A stretch of DNA of 62,366 nt, filler included. It is 6 parts of 6 records of this genome, joined end to end, with 100 filler letters (N's around TTAATTAATTAA, not from the genome) between each part and the next. Parts side by side here need not be neighbours in the genome. Positions count along the whole stretch, not along the records: positions 41,352 to 55,905 come from SRR20825019_636; 5 more parts are not named here. One strand, given 5' to 3'. The position numbers and the translations under genes were made by a program. The notes below the pieces were generated by a model. It was not told the DNA's origin and ran no database searches. It saw only the letters and a program-made list of their open reading frames with translations. Below are positions 42,305 to 51,920 of this stretch, in pieces; the first letter of the stretch is position 1, and each line of letters opens with the position of its first letter.

Positions 42305-43093
42305 TCAGCAATGGGTGATCAGTGGCCGGGGCACCCAGATGGCGCTGGCCGCATCGCCATAGGGATGAGCGGCGCCGTCGATAACCGTGGTGGCGACCCA
42401 GGCGCAGACAACAGCGTCCAGTGTGTCCTCATAGGCCTTCAGGTCGCGCAAGGGGGCGTTGACTGGCGGCGGCGGCAAGTGCTTGGCGCTGCCCTTGAGC
42501 ACAATGTTGAGGGCCGCGACGATGGCGGTCCATTGCGCGAGCAGGGCCTGGCGGCGCTCGATTGCCGGCAGCAGGGGCCAGTATTTGCCGCGATTGTGCA
42601 CCTTGTAGGGGAGCCGCCGGGTGGCGCCGGTCAGCTCGATCAGCGCCGGGTGCGGATAGACCTCGACGGTGCCGGGGCCGGTGACCGGGTTCTCGCAGAG
42701 CAGGGGAAAACCGGCGCGCGTCAGACCCGCGAGCATATCGACAGCCAGGGGACCGGGCCGCATGGCGCTGGGGCTATGGGTGCCGGCGGCCCTGGCGCCA
42801 TAGGCGGCCGAAATGGCATTGTCGCTGACCCGGCGAGCGGTGATCAACTCAGCCATCAGCGGCATGTCGATCGCCACCAGGCTGGGCCGGGTTCCGGCAA
42901 GGCGGGTCGCGTCGGTGAGCAGCTTTTCGGCATCGAACCGGTCGGTCGGATTGCTCCCTGCCAAGGCATGGAATGCGGCAAAGGAGGGTGCAGCAGCGAC
43001 CAGGCGCCAGCCATCGCCGCTTTCCGCCGCAATTGCCACGCCGCTGGGATTGCGGGTGGTCCAGGCGGCATCAATACCAAGAACGGTGCGCAT
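42305..43093 (-). CDS. DUF429-family predicted RNase H-fold nuclease
   Basis: VLGIDAAW, VAIDMP, VEVYPHPA, EDTLDAVVCA. Confidence 0.8.
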   Translation of the reverse strand: MRTVLGIDAAWTTRNPSGVAIAAESGDGWRLVAAAPSFAAFHALAGSNPTDRFDAEKLLTDATRLAGTRPSLVAIDMPLMAELITARRVSDNAISAAYGARAAGTHSPSAMRPGPLAVDMLAGLTRAGFPLLCENPVTGPGTVEVYPHPALIELTGATRRLPYKVHNRGKYWPLLPAIERRQALLAQWTAIVAALNIVLKGSAKHLPPPPVNAPLRDLKAYEDTLDAVVCAWVATTVIDGAAHPYGDAASAIWVPRPLITHC

Positions 43094-43190
43094 GGCGCAG
43101 ACTATGCTGCAGGCGGGCGGTGGCGTCACCGTCTGTTGTGCCGCGGGATGGTCAGCGCTTTAAGCATTGCCATTGCGCGCTCGGGCCTGT

Positions 43191-43865
43191 TCAGCGGCCC
43201 GGTTTGGTCGCGAACCAGAGGGTGTGGCGGTCGCCCTTGCCATTGTTGCGGGCGCGGACGGTGACTTCTTCGACCTGCATGCCGGTTTGCTTCAGGCGCT
43301 TGGTGAAGCGGGCGTCGGGGTGGGAGGACCATATCGCCAGATGGCCGCCAGGGGTCAGGGCGGCGCGGGCGGCGGCGAGGCCGGGGGCATTGTAGAGGCG
43401 ATCATTGGCGGGACGGAACAGGCCATCGGGGCCATTGTCGACATCGAGCAGGATGGCGTCGAATAGCTTGCCGCCGCCCATGGCCGTTGTGACATCGCCG
43501 AGGTGGATGTGGACGCGTGGATCGTCGAGGCTATCGCCATGGAGCGGGGAAAGCGGGCCACGGGCCCATTCGACGATTTCGGGCACCAGTTCCGCCACGA
43601 CAATCTCGCTGTCGGCGGCAAAGCATTTGAGGGCGGCGCGCAGGGTGAAGCCCAGACCCAGGCCACCAATGAGGATGCGGGCACAGGGGCGCGATCCGAT
43701 GCGAGCGGCCGACATAGTGGCGAGCTGTTCTTCCGAATTGCTCATTCGACTGTTCATCAACGTAATGACGCCAGACATGACGGAAAACTCGGTTCCCCGC
43801 TGCATCAGCGTCATCGGGCCACCGCCGGGCATGGTGGTCTCGCCGAGTTTTTGCCAGGGCAGCAT
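43191..43865 (-). CDS. spermidine-synthase-like SAM-dependent transferase
   Basis: LMNSR, ILIGGLGLGFTL, AILLDVDNGP. Confidence 0.85.
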   Translation of the reverse strand: MLPWQKLGETTMPGGGPMTLMQRGTEFSVMSGVITLMNSRMSNSEEQLATMSAARIGSRPCARILIGGLGLGFTLRAALKCFAADSEIVVAELVPEIVEWARGPLSPLHGDSLDDPRVHIHLGDVTTAMGGGKLFDAILLDVDNGPDGLFRPANDRLYNAPGLAAARAALTPGGHLAIWSSHPDARFTKRLKQTGMQVEEVTVRARNNGKGDRHTLWFATKPGR

Positions 43866-44025
43866 TTGGGGTCCTGTGGGCGGTGGCATGGAAGTGCCTG
43901 AGCCCTAGCAGGCTGCCTGTGCGAACGGCAAGTGCCGACTGTAGCTGATGGCTGTTCGCTCATCATGGCGAGTTGGCCGGATGCCGGTCGCCTTCGCCAA
44001 CATGTAGGTTGAGCCGACGCCTGGG

Positions 44026-44054
44026 CTGCCGAGCAGGGTTATCCTGCTCGGCAG
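44026..44054. terminator. perfect 12-bp hairpin just after the hydrolase stop (no U tract)
   Basis: CTGCCGAGCAGG-gttat-CCTGCTCGGCAG. Confidence 0.5.
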
Positions 44055-44064
44055 TGCAGTCAGT

Positions 44065-44967
44065 TCAGCAGGCCGGAACTGGGTTTTGCGCCCAGGCTGC
44101 GGCCATTCTGGCAATTGCTGGAAGATGGGACGTGCCGGCAGGATCGGCGAGGCCGTGATCGAGGGCCGGAAATTCCCAATAGGTCAGATGGCAGAGACTT
44201 CTATCTGCGAAGGTGGACAATGTGGTGCGGGAAGCCGCAACGGGTGCCGACTGGTCCAGACCGCCCTGGATAAGCAGGAATGGAGTGGTGGCTTTTTGCA
44301 TATGGTCGAGTGGGCGCAGGTCCAGGCCGTCGGCCCAGAAACGGTAGGTCGAGCCGCCGAGGGGTTCCGAACTTTGCGGATTTTGGCGCGCCATTTGGAA
44401 GCCGGACCGGACCTGCTCCTGCGCTTCGGGCGGCACGGTGGACAGGACCATGTCGCCAAACGTTTCTCCGGTGGCCGTGGAGAGCAGAATTGTTGCGGTG
44501 ACGGGGACATGTTCGGCCAGCATTGCCATGGCCAATCCACCCTCGGAGCCGCCGAACAGGATGGTATTTGCGGTGTCCATGTTCGGATCGGCCGCCAATG
44601 CGTCAAGCACAATCCGATAGTCTGCGACGCGCTGGCTGATGGTGTAATTGTCGAGGAATTGGGTCGGGCAATCGGTGAATGGATCCGGAATTTCGACGTC
44701 AGGCGTGACGCCGACTTTCTCCACGATAAGGGCTGCAAAATCGGGGAAGGCGGCGCGCACGGTGGCCAGATTGGGACTGAGGGCGGCGCGGGCACAGCCG
44801 GAGCCCTGGCTGATGACGAGCAAGCCGGATGCTTCGCCCGCGGGGGCGTCGAGCGTATAGTGGATCATGGTCCCATCGGCCCGCCTGGCCTCGTGATAAT
44901 CGATGGCATAAGCCTGCGGCAGGGCGAGCAAAGTCAGCGCGGCAAGCGCGTTAAAGCGGTCAAGCAT
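44065..44967 (-). CDS. secreted alpha/beta hydrolase
   Basis: Signal peptide; QGSG oxyanion loop, GGSEGG nucleophile, QGGLD, LDHGL. Confidence 0.85.
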   Translation of the reverse strand: MLDRFNALAALTLLALPQAYAIDYHEARRADGTMIHYTLDAPAGEASGLLVISQGSGCARAALSPNLATVRAAFPDFAALIVEKVGVTPDVEIPDPFTDCPTQFLDNYTISQRVADYRIVLDALAADPNMDTANTILFGGSEGGLAMAMLAEHVPVTATILLSTATGETFGDMVLSTVPPEAQEQVRSGFQMARQNPQSSEPLGGSTYRFWADGLDLRPLDHMQKATTPFLLIQGGLDQSAPVAASRTTLSTFADRSLCHLTYWEFPALDHGLADPAGTSHLPAIARMAAAWAQNPVPAC

Positions 44968-44979
44968 AGTTTGTTTCCG

Positions 44980-45609
44980 TTAGCGACGAATGGCGGCGGG
45001 GAGCAGGACAAGCGTCCCCATGATCAGCAAGGGCAGCAGGGCCGGGAACCCGATGGCGACGCTGATTTCTCCAGGTTGATCGGGCAGGGAGGGCAGCACA
45101 TTGATGGTGACCATGGCGGCCAGGACTGCGCTCGACAGAGCGCCGGCAATTGGCCATGAATGCCTGGCACGGCGTTGATGCGCGAATGCCAGCATCAACA
45201 TGGCCAGGATGACCGGGGCGGCGTAGGTGAGGAGCTTCAACCCATCGCCTAGATCGCTGATGACCGCGCGGAGCGGCGTTTCGGTTGCGGCGAGGAGCAA
45301 GCATAGCCCCAGCACCACCAATGCGAATTGGCAGAGCACGGGAACTGCCAGGTAGACGAGCGCCGGCCAGCGGGCCGCCAGACTGCGGAAGCGGCCATTG
45401 GCCAGCATCGGCAGCAGCAGGGTATCGTTGCCGCCCAGGCGGCGGTCGGCCTCAGTCTGTGCCACATGTGGCGTTGCGCCTTCGGCGATCAGATGCGCGA
45501 CGATATCTTCCCGATGTTCGGCCAGTTCGAGCAAATAGCGTTGCACATGGGCTGGTGACAGACCTGCCTTGAGCAGGTCTTCTCGCATGGTTTCCAGACG
45601 ATCAGGCAT
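44980..45609 (-). CDS. PadR-associated membrane protein (helical N-domain + ~4 TM)
   Basis: RYLLELAEHREDI...EADRRLG (HAAS/permease-prefix-like) then hydrophobic segments; 8-bp overlap with the padR stop. Confidence 0.7.
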   Translation of the reverse strand: MPDRLETMREDLLKAGLSPAHVQRYLLELAEHREDIVAHLIAEGATPHVAQTEADRRLGGNDTLLLPMLANGRFRSLAARWPALVYLAVPVLCQFALVVLGLCLLLAATETPLRAVISDLGDGLKLLTYAAPVILAMLMLAFAHQRRARHSWPIAGALSSAVLAAMVTINVLPSLPDQPGEISVAIGFPALLPLLIMGTLVLLPAAIRR

Positions 45610-45940
45610 GGTGGGGCGTCTCAACGATCGATGCGATGGTGCCCTGGAGGCGCTGCCAATGGGCCAGCAAGGCGTCGAACCGGTCTTTGCCGGTCGGGGT
45701 GACGGAATAGTACACCCGGCTGCGGCCATTGACAGTCTGCCGTCGCGTGGACAATGCGCCGTCGCGTTCCAGGGCATGGAGGACGGGATAGATGACGCCT
45801 TCTGCGAAACTCAGATTGTCGTTGCTGGCGGCGCGAATGGCTTCGACCAGTTCATAGCCATACATCTCCTTGTCGCGCAGCAGGCGCAGGACCAGCAGCT
45901 CGGGCACGCCGTTGAGAAATTGGGAGGTGGTGGTGGGCAT
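45602..45940 (-). CDS. PadR-family regulator (short subfamily)
   Basis: MYGYEL, EGVIYPVLHALE, RVYYSVT. Confidence 0.92.
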   Translation of the reverse strand: MPTTTSQFLNGVPELLVLRLLRDKEMYGYELVEAIRAASNDNLSFAEGVIYPVLHALERDGALSTRRQTVNGRSRVYYSVTPTGKDRFDALLAHWQRLQGTIASIVETPHHA

Positions 45941-45948
45941 CTTCTTGT

Positions 45949-45989
45949 TACCTAGTTTCTCTAGGTATGATGCCTAGCGTCGATAGGTA
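45949..45989. promoter_or_regulatory. two tandem palindromes, candidate PadR operators
   Basis: TACCTAG-tttct-CTAGGTA (45949) and TGCCTAG-cgtcg-ATAGGTA (45971), 22-bp period. Confidence 0.75.
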
Positions 45990-46012
45990 ATGCAAGAGTT
46001 TTGTCGTAGCCC

Positions 46013-46039
46013 TGTCGAAATGCCCGGGTCATTCTCGTC
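46013..46039 (+). promoter_or_regulatory. candidate ECF-sigma promoter for doxX
   Basis: TGTCGA-N17-CGTC, similar to the ECF42-type consensus as recalled. Confidence 0.4.
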
Positions 46040-46089
46040 GCTGGCACAGGAACAGCGCGATGCTGTTCGCGTGTCACAGGGGACGAAAA

Positions 46090-46461
46090 ATGAAAATTGC
46101 AGGCTGGGTGTTGAGCGGGTTGATCGGGCTGTTTCTGGCGCTTGCGTCGGCGGCGCCGAAGTTTTTGGGGATCGAGGCGGCGACCGATGCCATGATGGTG
46201 GTGGGCTGGCCGGTGAAATATCTGGTGCTGATCGGGGTGATCGAGGTGGGGTGCGTGATCCTGTTCCTGATCCCGCGCACGGCGCTGCTGGGGGCGGTGC
46301 TGACCACGGGATTGCTGGGTGCGGCGCTGGCGGCGAATTTGCGGGTGGATAATCCGCTGTTCAGCCACACGCTGTTCTCGATCTATCTGGGGATCGCGGT
46401 GTGGGTTGCACTATGGCTGCGCGAAGACAAGGTGCGGGCGGTGTTTCCGCTGGTGCGTTGA
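46090..46461 (+). CDS. DoxX-family membrane protein
   Basis: IGVIEVGCVILFLIPRTALLGAVLTTGLLGAA; 4 TM. Confidence 0.88.
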   Translation: MKIAGWVLSGLIGLFLALASAAPKFLGIEAATDAMMVVGWPVKYLVLIGVIEVGCVILFLIPRTALLGAVLTTGLLGAALAANLRVDNPLFSHTLFSIYLGIAVWVALWLREDKVRAVFPLVR

Positions 46462-46480
46462 AACGCTGAAGGCCGAGACG

Positions 46481-46510
46481 AAAAGGCCGGGCTGATACCC
46501 GGCCTTTTTT
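46481..46510. terminator. bidirectional intrinsic terminator
   Basis: AAAAGGCCGGG-ctgata-CCCGGCCTTTTTT. Confidence 0.88.
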
Positions 46511-46513
46511 GCT

Positions 46514-47827
46514 TTAGCTGACCGCCCAGGTCGCGATGGGCGGGAAGAACAGCAGGATCGCCAGGGCCACCAATTGCAGGGCAATGAAGGGCAGCATGGC
46601 GGTGTAGATGTGCTTGAGGGCGATTTCCTTTGGCGCCACGCTCTTGAGGTAGAAGGCGGCGGGGCCGAAGGGCGGGGTGAGGTAGGACACCTGCATATTG
46701 ACCGCGAAGAGAATGCCGAACCAGATCGGGTCATAGCCAAGCTGGATGACGATGGGCACGAAGATCGGCAGGGTCAGGAGCGCAATGCCGATCCAGTCGA
46801 GGAACATGCCGAGGACGAGCAGGATCAGCATCATCACCATGATGATGACCACGGGCGGGGCGTCTAGGCCGAGAATGGCACCAGAAACGAAGCGATTGCC
46901 GCCCATGAGATTATAGACGCCGACGAGCACGGCGGCCGCAATGCCTATCCAGATGATCATGCCGCAGGTTTCAAGCGTATGCACGAGACTGGCCTGCAGC
47001 ATTTTCAAGTTCAGTTCGCGCCGCAGCAGCGAGACGAGCAAGACGGCGGAAACGCCAAGGGCGGCGGCTTCGGTAATGGAGGCGATGCCGCCATAGATCG
47101 AGCCGAGCACAACGATGACGATGAAAACCGGCGCGGCGAGGGCCTTGAGGGCGTCGAGGATGGATTGCTCGGCATATTCCTCCTTGCTCATGGGTGGGCC
47201 CATCTGCGGATTGCGGATGCAGATGAACAGCACATAGGCGACGTACAAGGCGAAGAGCAGCAGGGCGGGCGTGATGGCGGCGACGAACAGATCGGCAATC
47301 GAGACGCTGGCGATCAGCCCATAGATGATGAGCACGATCGAGGGGGGCATCATGGTGCCCAGCGAGCCGCCGGCACAGACGACGCCGATCGAGAGATTGC
47401 GGTCGTAGCCGAGGCGCAGCATTTGCGGCAATGCCAGAATGCCGAGCAGGACGATTTCGCCGCCGATGACCCCGGACATGGCGGCCATCAGGACAGCCAC
47501 GATCAGCGTCTGGACGGCCACACCACCAGGCAGGCGCCCGGCCAGGATGCGCATGCCGTTGAACAGGTCCTTGGCAATGCCGGATCGGTCGAGCAATGCC
47601 GCCATGAGAATGAACATGGGGATGGCCACGAGCGAATATTCGGTGATGAAGCCGAAGATGCGGGAGGTGACCAGGGGCAGGGCCATGCCGCCGAACCAGC
47701 CAAAGGTGAAGACCAGCGCGACCAGGCCCGTGACCCAGGCCAGAGGCTGGCCGGTCAGCAGAAGCAGGAAGATGGCGGCAACCAGAACGTAGGAGCCGAG
47801 TTCGATGCCGAGAATGTCGAGGCCCAT
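46514..47827 (-). CDS. dctM: TRAP transporter large permease
   Basis: LVAIPMFILM, GGSLGTMMPPS, SYLTPPFG. Confidence 0.93.
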   Translation of the reverse strand: MGLDILGIELGSYVLVAAIFLLLLTGQPLAWVTGLVALVFTFGWFGGMALPLVTSRIFGFITEYSLVAIPMFILMAALLDRSGIAKDLFNGMRILAGRLPGGVAVQTLIVAVLMAAMSGVIGGEIVLLGILALPQMLRLGYDRNLSIGVVCAGGSLGTMMPPSIVLIIYGLIASVSIADLFVAAITPALLLFALYVAYVLFICIRNPQMGPPMSKEEYAEQSILDALKALAAPVFIVIVVLGSIYGGIASITEAAALGVSAVLLVSLLRRELNLKMLQASLVHTLETCGMIIWIGIAAAVLVGVYNLMGGNRFVSGAILGLDAPPVVIIMVMMLILLVLGMFLDWIGIALLTLPIFVPIVIQLGYDPIWFGILFAVNMQVSYLTPPFGPAAFYLKSVAPKEIALKHIYTAMLPFIALQLVALAILLFFPPIATWAVS

Positions 47828-47828
47828 G

Positions 47829-48401
47829 TCAGCGTTCCCCGCCTGTGGTGGGGCGCCGGATGGCGGCAATCAGGTGCAATAGGGTCTGGATGAACATGAC
47901 TGCGCAGCAGATCAGCACCATGGCCTTGAGCAGGGCCGGGGTGGGTGGGTTCCAGGCGGTGCCGGTCCCTTCGAGGCGGAGATCGCCGGTCGGTGTGAAC
48001 CACGACTTGGACGACATGATCCAGGCCGCGTAGCTGAGCCCGGCGAAAAACACCAAGGCGATAAGCGAATTCACGATATCGAGCCAGCGCCGGCGGGAGG
48101 GCGTGACCGCATCGTAGAACATGCGGACGCGGATATGCTTGTCGCGGGCCAGGGCGATGGGGCCACCGACCAGGAATATCCCGGCGATCAGGAAGGTGGT
48201 GGTCTCGTGCGCCCAGAAGGTGGGGCTGTCGAATACATAGCGCGCCACGACCTCGATGACCGTGACGGCGAAGGCCGCAAAGATGGCCCAGGCAAAGACT
48301 TTGCTGGAGCCGGCAATGAAGCGGTCGAAGCCGGTTCGAATGCCGGCATCGGCATCTTCGACCTGGTCGACGATGGCTTCGAGATCTCGATCCTGGGACA
48401 T
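47829..48401 (-). CDS. dctQ: TRAP transporter small permease
   Basis: EVVARYVFDSPTFWAHE, HIRV; 4 TM. Confidence 0.9.
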   Translation of the reverse strand: MSQDRDLEAIVDQVEDADAGIRTGFDRFIAGSSKVFAWAIFAAFAVTVIEVVARYVFDSPTFWAHETTTFLIAGIFLVGGPIALARDKHIRVRMFYDAVTPSRRRWLDIVNSLIALVFFAGLSYAAWIMSSKSWFTPTGDLRLEGTGTAWNPPTPALLKAMVLICCAVMFIQTLLHLIAAIRRPTTGGER

Positions 48402-48470
48402 GGCCTATCTCGCAATGTGGGAAAGGGGCACCCGGCGGTGGGCCGCCGGGTGCGCAGTGCCGAAAGGCTG

Positions 48471-49496
48471 CTAGAGCAGGTTACGGCCTTCGAGATAGGC
48501 AATGACGGCGTCGTAATAGCGCTGTGTCATATCGCTGCGGCTGGCCCAGTTCTGCCATTCTTCCTGAGCGATGCGACGGAACTTGGCGCGTTCGTCCCCG
48601 GACCAGTTGATGATCTCGATTTCGGGATTGGCGCGGGCCTCGGCCACGGCCGCGGCATCGAGCTGGCGGACCGAATAGACGTGATCGAAGATGAACTGGT
48701 CGACCGAGGCGTAGAGAACCGCCTGCAGGTCTTCAGGCAAGCCGTCCCAGATTTCCTTGTTGATCGAAATGTCGATCAGCGGCAGCGAGTGGAAGCCGGG
48801 ATAGAGCGGGTAGGGGGCAATATCGTTCATGCCCAGGGCCTGATTGGTGGCAAAGACGGTGTTATCGGCCGCATCCACCACACCCTTGTCGAGGGCGGAG
48901 AAGATTTCCGAGCCGGGCAAGGCCACCGGCGAAGCGCCGGCCTTGGAGAAGATCTCGAAGACCATGCCTTCTGGCGCCCGCAGCTTGACGCCCTGGAGGT
49001 CTTCGACTGTGCGGATCGGCACGCCGGCGACGAAGGCCTCGGGCTCGGTGGCGGCAGCGCCGATGAAGTGGACGCCATAAGGCTCGACGAGCTCGGCATA
49101 GAGCTCATGGCCGCCGCCTGACTGCATGAAGCCGAGCAGCTCGAAAGGGTCGCTCCAGGCGCCGACCAGATTGCCCATCATGGCAAAGGCGGGATCCTTG
49201 CCCGAGAAATAGCTGGGGTCGGTCAGATGGCCCTGCAGGATGCCGGCACCGACCGCATCGAGCGTATCGGTATGCGGCACGACCGAGCCGATCGGCAGAA
49301 TCTCGATGGCGATGCGGCCACCGGAGAGTTCGCCGACATTTTCGGCCCATTTCTGCTTATTGACGAAGCCCGGCTCACCGGCCGTTTCAGAGGTCTGGAA
49401 AGTCCAATTGTATTCCTGGGCCACGACCGCGCTGCAGAGCAGCAGAGCCGCAACTGCAGACGCAGTGGTGCTGGCAACAAACTTGGTAAAATTCAC
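48471..49496 (-). CDS. dctP: TRAP substrate-binding protein
   Basis: Signal peptide, SGGRIAIE, DLQGVKLRAP, EIFSALDKGVVDA; GTG start after GGGAGG. Confidence 0.92.
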   Translation of the reverse strand: MNFTKFVASTTASAVAALLLCSAVVAQEYNWTFQTSETAGEPGFVNKQKWAENVGELSGGRIAIEILPIGSVVPHTDTLDAVGAGILQGHLTDPSYFSGKDPAFAMMGNLVGAWSDPFELLGFMQSGGGHELYAELVEPYGVHFIGAAATEPEAFVAGVPIRTVEDLQGVKLRAPEGMVFEIFSKAGASPVALPGSEIFSALDKGVVDAADNTVFATNQALGMNDIAPYPLYPGFHSLPLIDISINKEIWDGLPEDLQAVLYASVDQFIFDHVYSVRQLDAAAVAEARANPEIEIINWSGDERAKFRRIAQEEWQNWASRSDMTQRYYDAVIAYLEGRNLL

Positions 49497-49687
49497 GATG
49501 TCCTCCCTTTCGATGCTCCAATTGCTTTACGTACCGCAGGAGTGCATCGAAAACTCCCGCGTCGTTGGGTCGCCAGTCTGCACGGAATGGCGAGCCGATC
49601 AACTGCTCAAAATCCAGACTTTACTTTCCATCCACTTTGCCGCGGGCAAATAAACGGCGCGCCGGGAACCAGCGCGCCGGGCCGGGA

Positions 49688-50062
49688 TCAGTTTCGCGCG
49701 GGCATGAAGATGATGACGGCGAAGAGCAGGACACCGGCAAAGGTGACCAGCGAACTGACGGCGACGATGGGTTCGACGGATGGATTGCCGTTGAGCATCA
49801 GATAGAGCGACACGCTCATGACCAGAACGCCCAGAACATAGATGCCATATTGCAGCTTGGGCAGCAGGCCGGCGGCCTTGGCCGGATTGAGGGCGAGATA
49901 GCCACCGAAGATGGCGCTGGTGACCCAACCGAGCAGGTTGATATGGGCATGGGCGCCGATGACATTATGGTTGCCGCTGATCGACATGTGAATGCCAATG
50001 CCGATGCCGGCGAGTAGAAACACTATGGCCGTGCGGAAATAGAGGTTTGCCAGTGCTGGCAT
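49688..50062 (-). CDS. small 4-TM protein with a HAHINLLGW motif
   Basis: Hydrophobicity; the HxH motif recalls metal/haem-binding helices of haem-copper oxidase subunit I fragments. Confidence 0.7.
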   Translation of the reverse strand: MPALANLYFRTAIVFLLAGIGIGIHMSISGNHNVIGAHAHINLLGWVTSAIFGGYLALNPAKAAGLLPKLQYGIYVLGVLVMSVSLYLMLNGNPSVEPIVAVSSLVTFAGVLLFAVIIFMPARN

Positions 50063-50215
50063 GCTGAAAGTCCCCCCAGGGTGACGCGAGGCGCCGGGGT
50101 GGCGACTCTGCGCACAGAGGAGAAATTACTGCTCTCCGGGCGCGGCTGGAAGGGGCCTTGAACGGCATGACGCCGCCCTTTGGGGCGGCGTCGAGTTTAG
50201 GGTGGCCTAGCGCAA

Positions 50216-50857
50216 TCAGAAGACCTGATAGCTCGAGACCGTGTTGTTGTAGCTGCCCATCAGGGGCTTGTCGGCGGCATAGGTGGTGCAGGCGCCGGCA
50301 TACCAGTTGTTCTTGCACACGGTGACCTTGGCGCCGCCCTGCAGACGGATGGAGGAGATGGAATTGTTCCATCCGCCTGGCAGGTGCGGGTCGTCAGTAC
50401 CGACGGCAACGCAGAACTGGGCGCCGGTAAAGTTGTTACCCTTGAAGAAGCACGCCTTGGCCGGGGCCGGCGGCGCAGGTGGGGGCGGCGGGGCATCGCC
50501 GATGCCGAAGGAGAAGCTGGGACCGCCCGGGCCGACAGTGACGCCGAAGTTGAACGGGATGTCTTCCTCGGCTTCAGCGCCACCACCACCACCACCTTCG
50601 GCGGGTGCCAGATAGTTCCCGGAGACCCAGCCATCGGTGCCCGAGGCGCGGTCGACGAAACACCAGGAGCCCTGGCACTGCTTGACGTCGACATATTCGC
50701 CGGCGGGCAGGACGCCGACCTTGGCATAGCCGGTGCCGGGGCCGGTGCGAACATTGACATTGCCGGTGGCGACACCGGGGGCGGCCGACGTGGCCAGGGT
50801 GGTCAGGAGAGTGATGGCGGCCAGGCTGGCGCCGAAGAGCTTGCGATTGGTGGACAT
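50216..50857 (-). CDS. secreted SH3b + beta/gamma-crystallin-like protein (paralogue 1)
   Basis: Signal peptide; NVNVRTGPGTGY...CQGSWC...GWVSGNYL; CFFKGNNFTG, WNNSISS, YNNTVSS. Confidence 0.85.
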   Translation of the reverse strand: MSTNRKLFGASLAAITLLTTLATSAAPGVATGNVNVRTGPGTGYAKVGVLPAGEYVDVKQCQGSWCFVDRASGTDGWVSGNYLAPAEGGGGGGAEAEEDIPFNFGVTVGPGGPSFSFGIGDAPPPPPAPPAPAKACFFKGNNFTGAQFCVAVGTDDPHLPGGWNNSISSIRLQGGAKVTVCKNNWYAGACTTYAADKPLMGSYNNTVSSYQVF

Positions 50858-50933
50858 GGGATTTCCCTCATCTGTTGTGGTGCGGGAGCGCTTTTGCGGT
50901 CCGCTTTGTGAGGGGGATTAGGCGCTTTTCGCG

Positions 50934-50950
50934 CTGAACCGGCGCTGAAT
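50934..50950 (-). promoter_or_regulatory. direct repeat ATTCAG-N5-GTTCAG
   Basis: 11-bp period; same motif and orientation at 52778 and 54099. Confidence 0.6.
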
Positions 50951-51121
50951 GCGGCGTTTATGCGGCAAAGGCAAACCGCCCGGAATCCGGGCGTGGGGAA
51001 GGGCTATAGGTGAACGGGAGAGCCGCTGGCCGTTGCCAACAGAGCCATGACCACTGGATCGATGCCGCATCCTGATGGTGGAGCGTGGGAAGACGCGGGG
51101 GCCGAGGCATTCGTCTTTGGA

Positions 51122-51158
51122 CACCCCTCCCCAACCCGCCCCGTCAAGGGGAGGGTGC
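51122..51158. repeat. REP/RIME-like half element
   Basis: CACCCCTCCCCAACCCGCCCCGTCAAGGGGAGGGTG hairpin. Confidence 0.5.
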
Positions 51159-51239
51159 CGCGCAGTGGGCGCTGAAAGTCCGGTGGACGCCTCGTTCCAA
51201 AAACATCCTCCCCGCTACAGGGCCGGGCGATCCGGAGCG

Positions 51240-51812
51240 TCAGTACAGCCGGATCGAGGAAAGGTTGTCGCGCAGATAGGCATCGAGCACGGGCTGGCTC
51301 GTGGCGATGCGCTCGCAATAGGACTGGAAGAAGCGGTCGCGGCAGAGAGCGGCGCTGGTTGGTGTGGTCACCTGGACCGAGGAGATGGTGTTGTCCCAGC
51401 CCCAGGTGGCGAGATCCTGAAACACCTCGCCGGTGTCGGCGCAGAAGGAGCGGCCGGTATAGTGGGTGCCTTCGTAAAAGCACATCTGCCCGCCTGCGAG
51501 ATCGGGCCAGTCATTATCGGCGTCAAAAAGCGGCCAATGCGGATCCTTGCCGAAGTCGATGGCGGCCATGCCGGTCCAGCCGCGACCGCCGGGGCCATCG
51601 ACATTGCACCATAGCTTCTGGCAGCGGAGGATCTTGATGGCCTGTTCGCCGGCAATCTCGCCGGTAATCGCATAGGCATCGCCCGGGCCGGCGCGCAGGA
51701 CGAGGGCGGCGCGGCTCCAGCCATGACTGCCGGAGGGGGATGCGGACAGGGCGGGAAGGCTGGGCAGAAGCGAGACGGCAAGGGCAAGTGCGAGGGCGAA
51801 AAGCGAGCGCAT
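51240..51812 (-). CDS. secreted SH3b + beta/gamma-crystallin-like protein (paralogue 2)
   Basis: Signal peptide; LRAGPGDAY...CQKLWC...GWT; CFYEGTHYTG, WDNTISS, DNLSS. Confidence 0.85.
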   Translation of the reverse strand: MRSLFALALALAVSLLPSLPALSASPSGSHGWSRAALVLRAGPGDAYAITGEIAGEQAIKILRCQKLWCNVDGPGGRGWTGMAAIDFGKDPHWPLFDADNDWPDLAGGQMCFYEGTHYTGRSFCADTGEVFQDLATWGWDNTISSVQVTTPTSAALCRDRFFQSYCERIATSQPVLDAYLRDNLSSIRLY

Positions 51813-51865
51813 GGCATTTCCATCTATGTGTTCGGCGGGACGTTAGACTGACTTACCAGATGTTG

Positions 51866-51900
51866 CAAAGTAAAGCGCCGCCCTTTTGGGGGCGGCGTTA
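51866..51900 (-). terminator. intrinsic terminator after paralogue 3
   Basis: Minus strand CGCCGCCC-ccaaaa-GGGCGGCG then CTTTACTTT; same stem as the hairpin at 50169-50192 after paralogue 1. Confidence 0.7.
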
Positions 51901-51920
51901 AGAGTTCTCGACGGCCAGTG

